In this document: in pieces, positions 1-11,730 of the stretch
Layout: every line of letters begins with the position of its first letter
Position numbering within the stretch: position 1 is the stretch's first letter
Assembly: GCF_006345805.1 (NCBI RefSeq)
Contig: NC_043021.1
Coordinates: 24,428,001 to 24,492,000, forward strand
Source: Octopus sinensis
Lineage: Eukaryota
Length of the DNA stretch: 64,000 nt
Direction: 5' to 3'
Notes under the pieces: model-generated
Databases searched by the model: none
Told to the model about the DNA's origin: nothing
Seen by the model: the letters and a program-made list of their open reading frames with translations, nothing else
Program-made: the position numbers and the translations under genes

Positions 1-131
1 ATCCAGTTGTTGATAGTCATTTGTCAGTCGAAGTGGTGGTCACGGGATTCGATTTCAATGAATTACTTTACTGTATGTGATACTAAATTATCGGATATCT
101 CTCAATTTCCCTCTCCCCGTCCCTCTATCTG

Positions 132-135
<4 letters not shown>

Positions 136-206
<71 letters not shown>
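136..206. repeat. (CT)n microsatellite
   Basis: Perfect CT run. Confidence 0.95.
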
Positions 207-209
<3 letters not shown>

Positions 210-344
210 TGTGTGCGAGTGTGTATACAGTTTCTAAAGCCATACAACGTTTTGTCTTCAATGTGTCGTATCGTTTCGAATCCTATTTAAAGGCCTTTGT
301 AGCTTTCAGTCAGCATCTCTAATCTCCTTCGTCTGGTATTCATG

Positions 345-1380
345 GGTATGTGTGTGTATGTATGTATGTATGTATGTATGTATGTATGTATGTATGTATG
401 TATGTATTATGTATGTATATATGTATGTATGTATGTATGTATGTGTGTGTGTATGTATGTATGTATGTATGTATGTATGTATGTATGTATGTGTGTATCT
501 ATGTATGTATGTATGTATGTATGTGTGTGTGTATGTATGTATGTATGTATGTATGTATGTATGTGTGTGTGTGTATGTATTTATGTATGTATGTATGTAT
601 GTATGTATGTGTGTATCTATGTATGTATGTATGTATGTATGTATGCATGTATGTATGTATGTATGTATGTGTGTATCTATGTATGTATGCATGTATGTAT
701 GTATGTATGTGTGTATCTATGTATGTATGTATGTATGCAAGTATGTATGTATGTATGTATGTATGTATGTATGTGTGTATCTATGTATGTATGTATGTAT
801 GTATGTATGTATGCATGTATGTATGTATGTATGTATGTATGTATGTGTGTATCTATGTATGTATTATGTATGTATGTATGTATTATGTATGTATGTATGT
901 ATGAATGTATGTATGTATTATGTATGTATGTATGTATGTATTTATGAATGTATGTATTATGTATGTATGTATGTATGTATGTATGAACGTATGTATGTAT
1001 TTATGAATGTATGTATGTATGTATTTATGTATGCATGTGTGTGTGTGTGCATGTATGTATGTATGTATGTATGTATATATGTTTGCATGTATGTATCTAT
1101 GTATGTATGTATGTGTGTATGTAAGCATATGTGTATGTGTATGTATGTATGTATGTGTATGTATGTATGTATGTATGTATGTATGTATGTATGCATGTGT
1201 GTATGTATGTATGTATGTATGTATGTATGTATGTTTGTATGTATATATGCATGTATGTATGCATGTGTGTATGTATGTATGTATGTATGTATGTATGTAT
1301 GTATGTATGTATATATGTATGTATGTATGCATGCATGTATGTGTGTATGTATGTATGTATGTGCATGTATGTGTGTGCAT
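345..1380. repeat. ~1 kb imperfect (TATG)n tetranucleotide array
   Basis: TATG units with recurring variant blocks such as ATGTGTGTATCT; source of the MYVC/HTYI pseudo-ORFs. Confidence 0.95.
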
Positions 1381-2245
1381 TTGTCGATGAAAAACAGCCT
1401 TTAAGTAAATGATGGAAATACATATCCTTGTATTTGATCCGATTCATAAGTTGTGTTTCGTACATGTTTTTGCTCCAAGAATTTTTTTCAAGATGTATAT
1501 GCGCGCGTGCGCGTGTGCTGTAAATCTTTTGATATATCATGCATTTTTGAATTTAGAGGCCATTATTGCGTTCGGTATATGATTCTATTGAATTACGTTC
1601 AGTTCAATTAAGAGTAGTTTACGCCACACGTTTAATAAATCAGTCCTTAACTCGTTTAATTATGTATTCGCCAACTTAATATATTCACAATCATAGGTTT
1701 ATTGATTTCATTGGAATTATCTATAAACATTATGAAACAATCCGTTCTTGTTTGGATGTGAGAATACTGAATATTGAACTGCGAAGGTTTAGAGAAATGG
1801 TTTCCACTTGTAGCATTTGTATCTTTTGCTTGTAAATATTTATTTTCTGTAGTAAGCGTTAGAATCAGTCGACAGGACTGAAGTGGAATCTATAAGCTCA
1901 CAGTCTTTCGCTACTGAGTTCTACGCTTTATTGATTTGAACAAACAATGCCAGCTTGCTCGGCAGCTTTCTTGTTACTGTTTAACTGTTTTGCAGTTTTG
2001 GTGTCGAAGTCGAAGTTACTGTTAATGTTGCTGTTTATGAATTCCTTGGATCAGTCGGTCCTCTTTTTTCTTTTTCTTTTTTTTTTGTGTCTCTAGCTCT
2101 ACATTACATATTTTCCCCTACTATGACTTATACCGAACACTGCGTTATCTACTGTGCTCTTCGCATTTCTATAACGGTTTGATATGATTTAGTGGCTATT
2201 TTAAGAAAGTCGAGTGACCACGTAGATGATCTCTCTTTTAACCTG

Positions 2246-2297
<52 letters not shown>

Positions 2298-2477
2298 AAC
2301 ATTTACAAATAGTCGGTGAAGGAAACATTCTGGTTGTAAACATGAATATTTTGTTAGTCTATAATAACCAGTTGAAGACTTTGATGATATAACATTGGTC
2401 TAGAGTTATAAGACGAGGGGTTTTACCTGGTAGTCCAGGATACAGAAAGATAAGGAGGTGGAGAGTGACTAGTCATA

Positions 2478-2504
2478 GTAATAATAATAATAATAATGAT
2501 GATG

Positions 2505-2575
<71 letters not shown>
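2478..2575. repeat. (TAA)n tract, 5' flank of Dong copy
   Basis: TAA run abutting the truncated 5' end of the element. Confidence 0.95.
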
Positions 2576-2576
<1 letters not shown>

Positions 2577-3868
2577 CATAGAATGCACCACCCTAAGGCA
2601 GATACAGAACGAATTTATCTGCCAAGAAAAGAGGGAGGCCGTGGACTTTTACAACTGGCAATAACAATGAAGATTGCTACAATTGGCCTAGACACCTACC
2701 TGAAAAAGTCTGAGGACTGGATGTTAAAACTTATCTAAAAACATGAAAACAAGAAAGCATCATACTCAGTAACAAAACAGGCAAAGGAATATCTAAGTGA
2801 ATTCCGAATACAACAAATTTCGGAATTAGAGATAGACATACAAGAAACAAGCACAGCAAAAGCTAAGCGCATGAAAACCCGTGCCAAAACTGCGGCCTTA
2901 GATATTCTGAATAATAAATGGCAAGAAAAACCTCTCTATGGAAAATACCCAAAGAGAGCGAATAATGCAGATATTGACAAAGCCCTGACCCATCAATGGC
3001 TAATGGCCTCTGGCTTAAAATCTGAAACAGAAGGGTTTATCATAGCAGCTCAAGATGAATGCCTACCAACAAGGAACTACCAGGCCAACGTATTAAAGAA
3101 CGGCAGTAGCCCAACATGTCGTGTATGTTGACAACAAAATGAAACCAGTGATCATGTTGTCTCCAAATGCAGTCTTCTAGCGCCTACAGAGTACCTCAAC
3201 AAGCATGATAGAGCTGCACAATATATTCACTGGGTAATTTGCAAAAACCTGGATTTGCCCCATGAAAAAAACTGGTGGGAACACAATCCACCTCCAGTAC
3301 TTGAAAATGACCACATCTCACTCCTCTGGAACTTCACCATTCAAACTGACAGAAAGATAGAGGCGAATAGGCCAGACATCATATTGAAAGACTTCAGACA
3401 AAGAACATGCCTCCTCATTGATATGACTGTCCCAATCGACATAAACGTATCTGTCAAGACCTACCAAAAACTGAGCAAATATAAAGATCTTGAAATAGAA
3501 ATCAGCAAAATGTGGAAGCTGAAGACTAAAACAATACCTGTTGTCATAGGTACCCTGGGAATGATAGCGAAAGGGGCTGATTGCTACCTAACTCAGATAC
3601 CAGGAAACCCCAAAATGGCAGAAATTCAAAAGATAGTGCTCAGGGGAACTGCTCATATCCTACGCAAAATACTCTCTATGTAATCCCAAGGTTTAAAACA
3701 AACTTTTTTTTTTTGTATTAGACATTCACTAGTACAACACCAACAAAAAACCAAATATATGGCACACTAGGCACAACAACAACGTGAACTTCCAACCTGT
3801 TGTCTCTTGAGGTCTCTGGGTGAGACTTGGAGCCAACTTGTACAGACATAAAGCAAAAGGCAAACATA

Positions 3869-3870
<2 letters not shown>
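2575..3870 (+). mobile_element. R4/Dong-clade non-LTR retrotransposon, 5'-truncated and pseudogenised (subfamily 1)
   Basis: HHPKADTERIYLPRKEGGRGL; GLKSETEGFIIAAQD; CCHC knuckle CRVC..ETSDHVVSKC; KHD; ANRPDIIL..LLIDMTVP (PD-D/ExK restriction-like endonuclease); ends GTAHILRKILSM*, then 3' UTR and (TAA)n. In-frame stops present. Confidence 0.88.
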
Positions 3871-3922
<52 letters not shown>

Positions 3923-3945
3923 TAATAATGATAATAATGATAACA
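3870..3945. repeat. (TAA)n tract, 3' flank of Dong copy
   Basis: TAA run following the 3' UTR. Confidence 0.95.
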
Positions 3946-3949
3946 ATTA

Positions 3950-4160
3950 TCCTTTCAGGCACAAGGCCTGAAATTTGGGAGTAGGGAGCAGTCGATTATA
4001 TCAACCCCAGTACTCAACTGTTAATGTTTTTATCGACTCCGAGAGGATGAAAGGCAAAGTCGACCTCGGCGGAATTTTAAATCAGAATGTATAGACGGAC
4101 GAAATGCCATTAAGCATTTCGTCCGGCGTGCTAACGATTCTGCCAGCTCTCCGCCTTAAT
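3950..4160 (-). mobile_element. tRNA-derived SINE family C
   Basis: Reverse complement of GGCAGAATCGTTAGCACGCC..CCGCCGAGGTCGACTTTGCCTTTCATCC; matches the copies at 23.5 and 47.7 kb. Confidence 0.8.
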
Positions 4161-4384
4161 AATGGTAATAATAACAATCACATTTTTACAAATGAGGACG
4201 TCATCAAGTTAGGGCACTTCGAGAAAATGACACTCTAGAATTGGAACTGCTAGAATTCTTAGAAGCGTGCTTAACAACGGAAGGCTCCACTCCAGTCCAC
4301 TCGTTGTGAACAGGTGTCTCCCGTATTACGCCACCAGCCAGAAATGCTGTGCGACAAGTGGTATAATAATAATGCTGTCTACTA

Positions 4385-4535
4385 GAAGCACAAGGCTTGG
4401 AACTATAAGGGATAAGTAGTCGATTACATCGGCCTCGCTGCTCAACCCCGAAAGGATGAAAGTCAAGGTCGACCTCGGCGGAATTTGTACTCAGTCGGTA
4501 AAAATGTGTGCTAACGATTCTGCCAGTTCCAATAA
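4385..4535 (-). mobile_element. SINE family C, partial and diverged
   Basis: Contains CGAAAGGATGAAAG..GTCGACCTCGGCGGAATTTG and GCTAACGATTCTGCCAG. Confidence 0.7.
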
Positions 4536-4786
4536 ACCCCTCACAGTGCCTCACAGCAAAACAATTTTGTTCTGTGATTTGCAAAATTTCTAGCGGAGTT
4601 CCTGCTACTCGAGAGATTAATTTGCTTTCAATGCAGAGTTTCTATTGGGTTCCAGTGGCATGCCTCTTTTATACCATCATCGTATAAGCATTGCTGGCTG
4701 CCTCAGCAAACCCATCGAGTAAGGAATTGGCCATTACCGCTATTCCACTAAATTTACACACGAAATGGTAGCATTCTGTGCAGAAT

Positions 4787-5010
4787 TTTAATCAACCATG
4801 TGTCAGTCTGTTTAGTCAATCTTTTGTCAGTCCGTTTAAACCATCATTTGTCATTCTGTTTAATCAACCATGTGTCAGTCTGTTTAGTCAATCTTTTGTC
4901 AGTCCGTTTAAACCAATCATTTGTCATTCTGTTTAATCACTCATTCGTCAGTCTGTTTAGTCCATCTTTTGTTAGTTTGTTTGACCTTCATTCATTGGTC
5001 TGCTTGCTTT
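4787..5010. repeat. Minisatellite with ~24-bp subunits and a 72-bp higher-order period
   Basis: TTTAATCAACCATGTGTCAGTCTG... recurs at 4787 and 4859; a third copy is degenerate. Confidence 0.85.
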
Positions 5011-6066
5011 ATGAATTATTGAAATTTCTTTTCGCTCGGTTTGTAGATTTCATTCGAGGAATCTAAATGATGCCAATGTTTTGATATAGCAGTTGATATT
5101 CCTGGATAGCCTGGATCAGCCCTGACGGAGCAGACCAGTCAGAGAACTTTTGGATATCAGTTTTATAAAGTTAACACTTAATCAATGAAGGGTTGTTATT
5201 CTTGGAAGAGAAAAGCCAATGAAAGAAGATCCAAAGGAAAAATATTTACAGAAGTAAAACCAACAGGTTCATTAAGAATAGGTCAGGACATATTTTGAAA
5301 ACGCACTTGTGTTTAAAGATATATCGTTAGATGGTGGTTTGTTATGATAATAGGTTTTCCGAAGGATACAGACTTTACAAAAACACGATTGCCGTGGAAC
5401 GAGAGGACAAAAAATATTTATTTAAAAGCTTGGTTATCTTTGGAAAATAAGTTTGATCTTCTAAGAAGCATTGACGGAAGTTGGTCTCGTATCGAATTCC
5501 AAGTCTTCAAGCGTTTTGCTGTTTCTCGAGTAAAAGCAACAAGAAACTGTTTATATCAAAAATAGTTCAAACAATAAATTTTATGCTGTGATGAAGACGA
5601 ACAGCAGTTTGACGTTTCGGACTAAAACATTCATCGGGAAGAAATGAAATGTCTTCTCGTATAACGAGATTTTTTATACAACTGCTTCGATTCTCTACGT
5701 TCAAATTTTACTAAAATCAAAACAGCCTTTTCTTTCGCGGTGGATATAAAAGGACAACGTGGTACATTGGCTGAATCGTAAAAATGAGGGACGAGATGTC
5801 TCCCAACGTATATTCTAGCATTTAGTGATCTGAATTCAAACCTCAAAAGATTCTACTTGTGTGATACACTAAACCCGCCGTCCACGTTTAGCACAATCAT
5901 CTGGCCGAAATTCGAGTTTAAGGACGATTTTTTTTTATCCCTCTCCCTCTATCCCTCCCTACCTCCTTCTTTCTCTTCCACCCGCCTTGTAAAGGGCCAG
6001 AGGCACGAATTCCTGCCTGCGAGAAACATTTTTTTAAAATGGGTAAACATTGAAAATACTGAATGA

Positions 6067-6107
<41 letters not shown>

Positions 6108-6115
6108 TTACTAGC

Positions 6116-6145
<30 letters not shown>

Positions 6146-6148
<3 letters not shown>

Positions 6149-6335
6149 TCCAGGACTTACGAGTGTATATAACATACAGAAAATAGCAATACAAGGCACC
6201 ACACAATTCCTACGTAAAACACTTTCAAAACAGTGAAAATAAGAGCACCACAACAAACCACAGTACATAGCCAAGGCACACAGAGCGGCGCTCGGTAGTG
6301 AGGTGAAAGCACGTGATAAAAATAAGACAACAACA
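6146..6335 (+). mobile_element. R4/Dong 3' fragment (subfamily 2)
   Basis: PGLTSVYNIQKIAIQGTTQFLRKTLSKQ* plus 3' UTR AAGGCACACAGAGCGGCGCTCGGTAGTGAGGTGAAAGCACG shared with the 37.1-37.6 kb copies; preceded by (TAA)n. Confidence 0.8.
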
Positions 6336-6581
6336 AGGAAGGGGAGAAAACAAGAGGAAGTAGAAGTGGAAGAAGAGAAGGGGACGAGGAAGGGACGAAA
6401 AGAGGAGGAAGAAGAGGGAAAGAGGAAAGGAAGAGGAATAGAAGAGGAGGCAGGGGAGGGAGAGGAGGAGAGAGTGGAATTAGAGGTAAAAGACGAAGTG
6501 GAAGGGGAAGAAGAAGAGGAACAATGGGAAAAGGAAAGAAGGAAAACAAGAAGAGGAGGCAGAATATCAAAAATAAAATCA

Positions 6582-6754
6582 CAGGTGCAGGAGTGACTGT
6601 GTGATAAGTAGCTTGCTTACCAACCACATGGTTCCGAGTTCAGTCCCACTGCGTGGCGCCTTGGGCAAGTGTCTTCTACTATAGCCTCGGGACGACCAAA
6701 GCCTTGTGAGTGGATTTGGTAGACGGAAACTGAAAGAAGCCCGTCGTATATATG

Positions 6755-6822
<68 letters not shown>

Positions 6823-7045
6823 TTTGTGTGTCTGTGTTTGTCCCCCCAACATCACTTGACAACCAATGCTGGTGTGTTTACGTCACCGTAACTTAGCGGT
6901 TCGGCAAAAGAGACCGATAGAATAAGTACTAGGTTTACAAAGAATAAGTCCTGGGGATCGATTTGCTCGACTAAAGGCGGTGCTCCGGCATGGCCACAGT
7001 CAAATGACTGAAACAAGTAAAAAAGTAAAAGAGTAGAAAAGAGTA
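6582..7045 (+). mobile_element. tRNA-derived SINE family A, full length
   Basis: A-box-like GTGACTGTGTG, B-box GGTTCCGAGTTCAGTCCC, CTTGGGCAAGTGTCTT core, internal (TA)n(TG)n, AAGAGT-repeat tail. Confidence 0.9.
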
Positions 7046-7335
7046 AGTGTTCAGTCTCCAATAACTTATCTTTCTTTTTCATTTCTTTCTTCTTTCTTCC
7101 GTTCTTCTTTCATTTTTCTTTCACTCTTTCGTTCTTTCTTTCTTCTTCTATTGTGTTTTCTTTATCCCTGCTTTTTTCTCTCTGTTCTTTTACCTACTTC
7201 CATTGCATCTTTCCCTCATTCTTATATTCGCCCCTACTTTTTACGTTCAAGATGTTTCACTAATCCTTATATATGTATATATAAAACGTAAATATAGAAC
7301 AAGAATGAGTGCTAAGCATCGCATTGATGCAGTTC

Positions 7336-7491
7336 TACATTTAAGAGACGAGGAATTATGCACATTATTTACAATTGACGGATATTTGTTATCTTTTTTT
7401 GTTGTTAACACAACGTTTTGTCTGATATACCCTCCAGCCTTCATCAGGTGTCTTAGGGAAATTTCGAACCTGGGTTCTCATCACTAAGGTA
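7336..7491 (-). mobile_element. Penelope-like pseudo-LTR (solo)
   Basis: Carries a minimal hammerhead motif on the minus strand; AT-rich flanks. Confidence 0.6.
7407..7452 (-). ncRNA. Degenerate minimal (dimer-type) hammerhead ribozyme
   Basis: Minus strand GACAC-CTGATGA-A-GGCTG(loop)CAGAC-AAAA-CGTT-GTGTT: stem I GACAC/GTGTT, palindromic AACGTT stem III; GAAA mutated to AAAA and one stem II mismatch. Confidence 0.6.
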
Positions 7492-7554
7492 TAACTGTCG
7501 ATTAGACCTGCGTTCTTTTTGTTTGTTTGTTTATGCGCATATGGATACACAGAT

Positions 7555-7864
7555 GTATGTATGTATGTATGTATGTATGTATGTATGTATGTATGTATGT
7601 ATGTATGCGTGTATGTATATATGTATGCATGTATGTGTGTATGTATGTGTGTATGTATGTATATGTGTATGCATGTATGTGTGTATGTTTGTATGTATGT
7701 ATGTAGTTATGTATGTATGTATGTATGTATGTATGTATGTGTGTATGCATGTATGTGTGTATGCATGTATGTAGTTATGTATGTATGTATGTGTGTGTAT
7801 GCGTCTGTATGTTTGTATGCATGTATTCTGCAAATTCATGTGTTTATGAATTTATGTTTGTGTT

Positions 7865-7911
<47 letters not shown>

Positions 7912-8305
7912 ATCTGTGTGTGTGTGTGTGTATCTGTGTGTGTATCTGTGTGTGTATCTGTGTGTGTACCTCAGTTTTCTTGTGTGCGCGCGTTCGAATG
8001 TGTTTATATGTATGGATTTGTATGACTATCTACTTGCGTCTGTTATGTACGGCTGTGTGTCTCTATGTGTGTCCTTGTGTGTGTGTGTGTGGTGTGTATC
8101 TGTGTGTGTGTGTGTATCTGTGTGTGTGTGTGTGTATCTGTGTGTGTATCTGTGTGTGTATCTGTGTGTGTACCTCAGTTTTCTTGTGTGCGCGCGTTCG
8201 AATGTGTTTATATGTATGGATTTGTATGACTATCTACTTGCGTCTGTTATGTACGGCTGTGTGTCTCTATGTGTGTCCTTGTGTGTGTGTGTGTGTGTGT
8301 GTGTA
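7555..8305. repeat. (TATG)n/(TG)n array containing a 204-bp tandem duplication
   Basis: TACCTCAGTTTTCT...GTGTCCTT core at 7967 and 8171. Confidence 0.9.
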
Positions 8306-8952
8306 TGAGAATATGTTTCTGTCTTCATTTGTGTATGTATGCGCGTATGTGTGCTGGAATGTCCATATTACCTGTGTACCTGTCTATCTATCCATGTGTT
8401 TACTTACATATCCATTTACCTATACACACACACACATAAATATATATATAGGAAAAAAGCAACAAGAATGGATTAAAATCTCGGTACAATTGTTTCGTAC
8501 GAGGGCATCTTTAATAAGCTACAAAAAATGCAGTAAATACAGATGGCTCGTACTCGTCAGCCGAAGAAACATCAGAGAATTCCCAAACATCAAAAGGGGT
8601 AGATACAAAGAGGGTGTAAGATTAACTGCATTGAAGAAAGTTCGATTCCTGGAGATCCGATGAAAGGTCTTAAACTTACAGAATTTGTGTATGTCTATAT
8701 ATAGCTCATATTGAATTGTTAATTAAGTTATGTGAAGAAATTTCGGATACAGTCATGCGAAATTTCTGAAAATCCGAGTAAGAAGCAAAGTGCTTTTTTC
8801 CTATTTGTAATCACCCCACTTGTCGTATGGTTAACACCATATAGATTTCCGGTGCATCCTAGTTAAGGACCATATTCATGTGAATTCATTAGAATTCACT
8901 GGAATCTCAATTACTTAAACCGAATAAATATATATATATATATATATATATA

Positions 8953-9961
8953 CTAGCATTAAAGACCCGTCGTTGCCGGGTCATAGTGCTAGTGCATGTA
9001 TATATGTGTATATATATGTGTACATATTACATGTACATCTATATATATACATCTACACATAAAATACAAAATACAAAGTTATATCTCGATATCGCTAGTG
9101 ATAACAATACTCAAAATATATAACAGACTGGAATTGTTAGCCCGTCTCTTGTAATTTCGATCAATTGTATCTTGTCCTCCCTCTTGTATAGAAGTATGGC
9201 TACAATCCAGCCTACCTCTACTTCTGGAGGGGGGATTTTAAATTTTTTTCCGGGAATAAAATATATCCACTTTGCAAGTTCGAGTCGAGTACTCCCTTGC
9301 ACGCTCCGTTGACTCGAACCTTGCTTCTATTGTGGCGAATTTACCGCCTCTGATTGGATATGTTTCATAGTCGCATCAAGACACTTTTCGAAGGTGCTTT
9401 CCTCCATGTGTTCAAATCTTCTTTTTTCTCTACATTGTATAATTTATAGACAATAGTCTTTTCTTTAATTCAATTTTTTTATTATCCATCTGAACTATTC
9501 CATTTCTGCTAGCTAACTTTATTTTTAATTTATTCCCATTCATGTGAAACCACTTATTCAAGTTCAAGTCATTGATGCAATTTTATACCAATTGCTATTT
9601 TTACTCTTGTTATGTTACGATTATATTATACTTTAATTTGATTTTAATTATTACTTACTACATATAATTCAATTGTTATTATTATTTTTATTGTTAAAGT
9701 AAAAGTATCTGACATAAAATAGAGAAATGATTTTGTTTCACTTTTAACACGTAATACTGAAATAGTGGAGAAGATATGATATTGCTATGGGCTCGCTCTT
9801 GGCAAGAAGTTGAACATATTTTTGCCGATGACACTCCCTGGACCCTAAGTAAGGCATGTGTAAAATTTGAATAAAATTGGTTGTGTAGTTCTCAAGTTTT
9901 AGGGAAACACACAGACAGACAGACAGACACACACACATTCTCAGTTTTATATATATAAAGA
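8953..9961 (-). mobile_element. Non-autonomous Helitron
   Basis: Minus strand: A|TCTTTATATAT 5' end at 9961; 3' hairpin CCCG-GCAACGA-CGGG then GCTAG|T at 8953; AT target; internal (GACA)n. Confidence 0.75.
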
Positions 9962-10029
9962 TATATATATATATATATAACATCCTAACAACTCTACCTG
10001 TGTATATATAAATCGTTGGTATTGGAATA

Positions 10030-11260
10030 TGACTACCTTGTACGAATATTTCCTCTGTAGTACTAGGGATGTTTCATTTATGAGGACGTACTCCTGTATT
10101 TGTCTGAGTGTTGGGTCGTCCGGGTGCTTGGATTAAATGCGGATATCAAGTTGACCCAGTATGCCTCCATGTTGTTCTTTGGCATGCTGGTAAAGTATAG
10201 AGGACTGTTCTCTTTTTGTCACGATATTGTCTCAAATGTCCATTTAGTCTTTCCACAATACTCCTAGATGTCTCCCCTATGTATGTCATGTTCATGTCTT
10301 TACAAGCACCCTCTGTGCGCCTTATGCTGTAGACTACATTTCTAGTTCTACAGTTAATGCCAGGATTAATCCTACATACCATATAGTTACCATTGGTGCA
10401 TATGGTATTCTCAATGGGGTACGTGCTACATAGTTGTGATCTGATGGAGCTCCCTGGGTTTTCAGCGATCTTAATGTTGAGTTTGGCCTCCTTCAGAGCT
10501 TTCTTAAATCTTCGGGTTAGTTCTCCATGGGCTGTAACCTCTACAAACATCACTCCTTTGTATTTGTCGGTCTTGTACCACGTATTCACCCCGTTTGCTT
10601 TGTCACAAACTCTTTGTATACTATTCCAGTCTTTCTAGATCTAGGGAACGTACCACTAGTTTTATTACATATAATGTTATCGAACTTATTTCTAGCTCCC
10701 GTGTATAACCAAACACTATCTTCCTGATCATATTCAGATAACTGCGTGTGGTGCATGAAGTTCTGTACATGTTTCTTCGTTTTATAGGGTTTGCATGGTG
10801 GGGACACGTCTGCTATCAGTATGTTTACTTTCGTGTTGTGTGACAAAGCTGAGTTCTTGCGAACGACATATTCAGAAGTTACGGGTTCCATGTAATAGGA
10901 GTGGAAGAGCTGTACCCTATTGTTTACAGTCTCTAATCAAGGGTCAGTATCAAGGACACAGAGCATATGGTTAGGATGTCTTGTGGCTAGGAGTTAACTA
11001 CGTGCTGGATGCTCTCCATTATGCTCCGCTTAGTTTCTACATTACAGTTACTAGAGCATGTCCTGACAAGAATATTAATGTCAACTACATACCTACAGTA
11101 AAGCAAAACAGTTGTAGATTGTTCCGCTAAGTTTTCTGTCTCACGTGGTCATGAAGAGGCCGACCGCAGCGACACCAATGCTTGCACCTTCAACCTACAT
11201 GTATAGCTTCTTGTTCAACTTTACTATGTGGTTTTCCAAGGTGGTTCTTGTATTCTATTT
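10030..11260 (-). mobile_element. Penelope-like element (Neptune-type) RT + GIY-YIG remnant
   Basis: Minus strand: NKKLYM*VEGASIGV (QxxGxxIG-like), YCRYVVDI (YxRYVDD), RKNSALSHNTKVNIL, WYKTDKYKGVMFVEVT..GEL, NVVYSI...YIGETSRSIVERLNGH (GIY-YIG). Stops and frameshifts present. Confidence 0.85.
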
Positions 11261-11289
11261 ATGAATATTTACATATATTCACATATATA

Positions 11290-11552
11290 CACGTAGCGTA
11301 GTAGTTAGGCTGTTGGATTCACTATTGCTGCATCATGGGTTCGATTCTCTGATTGGGCGGCGCGTTTTATTCTTGAGCAAAACACTTCATTTCACGTTGC
11401 TCCAGCACTCTTTTGAGCGAAGATATTGGCCTGCTCGCCTAGCCAGTGGGGTGGTGTCATTTGAATACTAAAACAATTCAAAACCTATTGTGATCAGTGA
11501 TGCGTAACAATATCTGATAGCCTGGTCGGTCACGTAATGCCGTGACGTGATA
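11290..11552 (+). mobile_element. SINE family B, diverged
   Basis: GGGTTCGATTC B-box; TTGGCCTGCTCGCCTAGCCAG; tail ATCTGATAGCCTGGTCGGTCACG. Confidence 0.75.
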
Positions 11553-11559
11553 TATATAA

Positions 11560-11730
<171 letters not shown>

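Noticed and set aside
306-1540. Long ORFs (up to 350 aa) of MYVC/HTYI composition, and similar ones at 7.5, 11.5, 18.9, 19.9, 30.3 and 62.5 kb
   Set aside because: Translations of TATG/TA/TG microsatellites that lack stop codons; no coding signature.
5600-5640. Hammerhead-like CCGATGA...GTCCGAAACGTC on the minus strand
   Set aside because: U4 is mutated and stems I and II do not pair; at most an old relic.
6303-6596. E/K/R-rich 97-aa ORF
   Set aside because: Translation of a GA-rich low-complexity tract between a Dong fragment and a SINE.
6582-6660. tRNA-like A/B boxes in SINE heads
   Set aside because: No complete cloverleaf; these are SINE promoters, not tRNA genes. No rRNA or CRISPR array was seen anywhere in the window.
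8498-8600. TACGAGGG mariner-like terminus and MARTRQPKKH peptide resembling the histone H3 N-terminus
   Set aside because: No matching second terminal repeat found; the ORF stops after 19 codons and similarity ends after 6 residues.
9111-9400. Protein-looking ORF inside the Helitron (possible gene capture)
   Set aside because: Contains a stop, has no recognisable motif or splice signals; no support for a captured exon.
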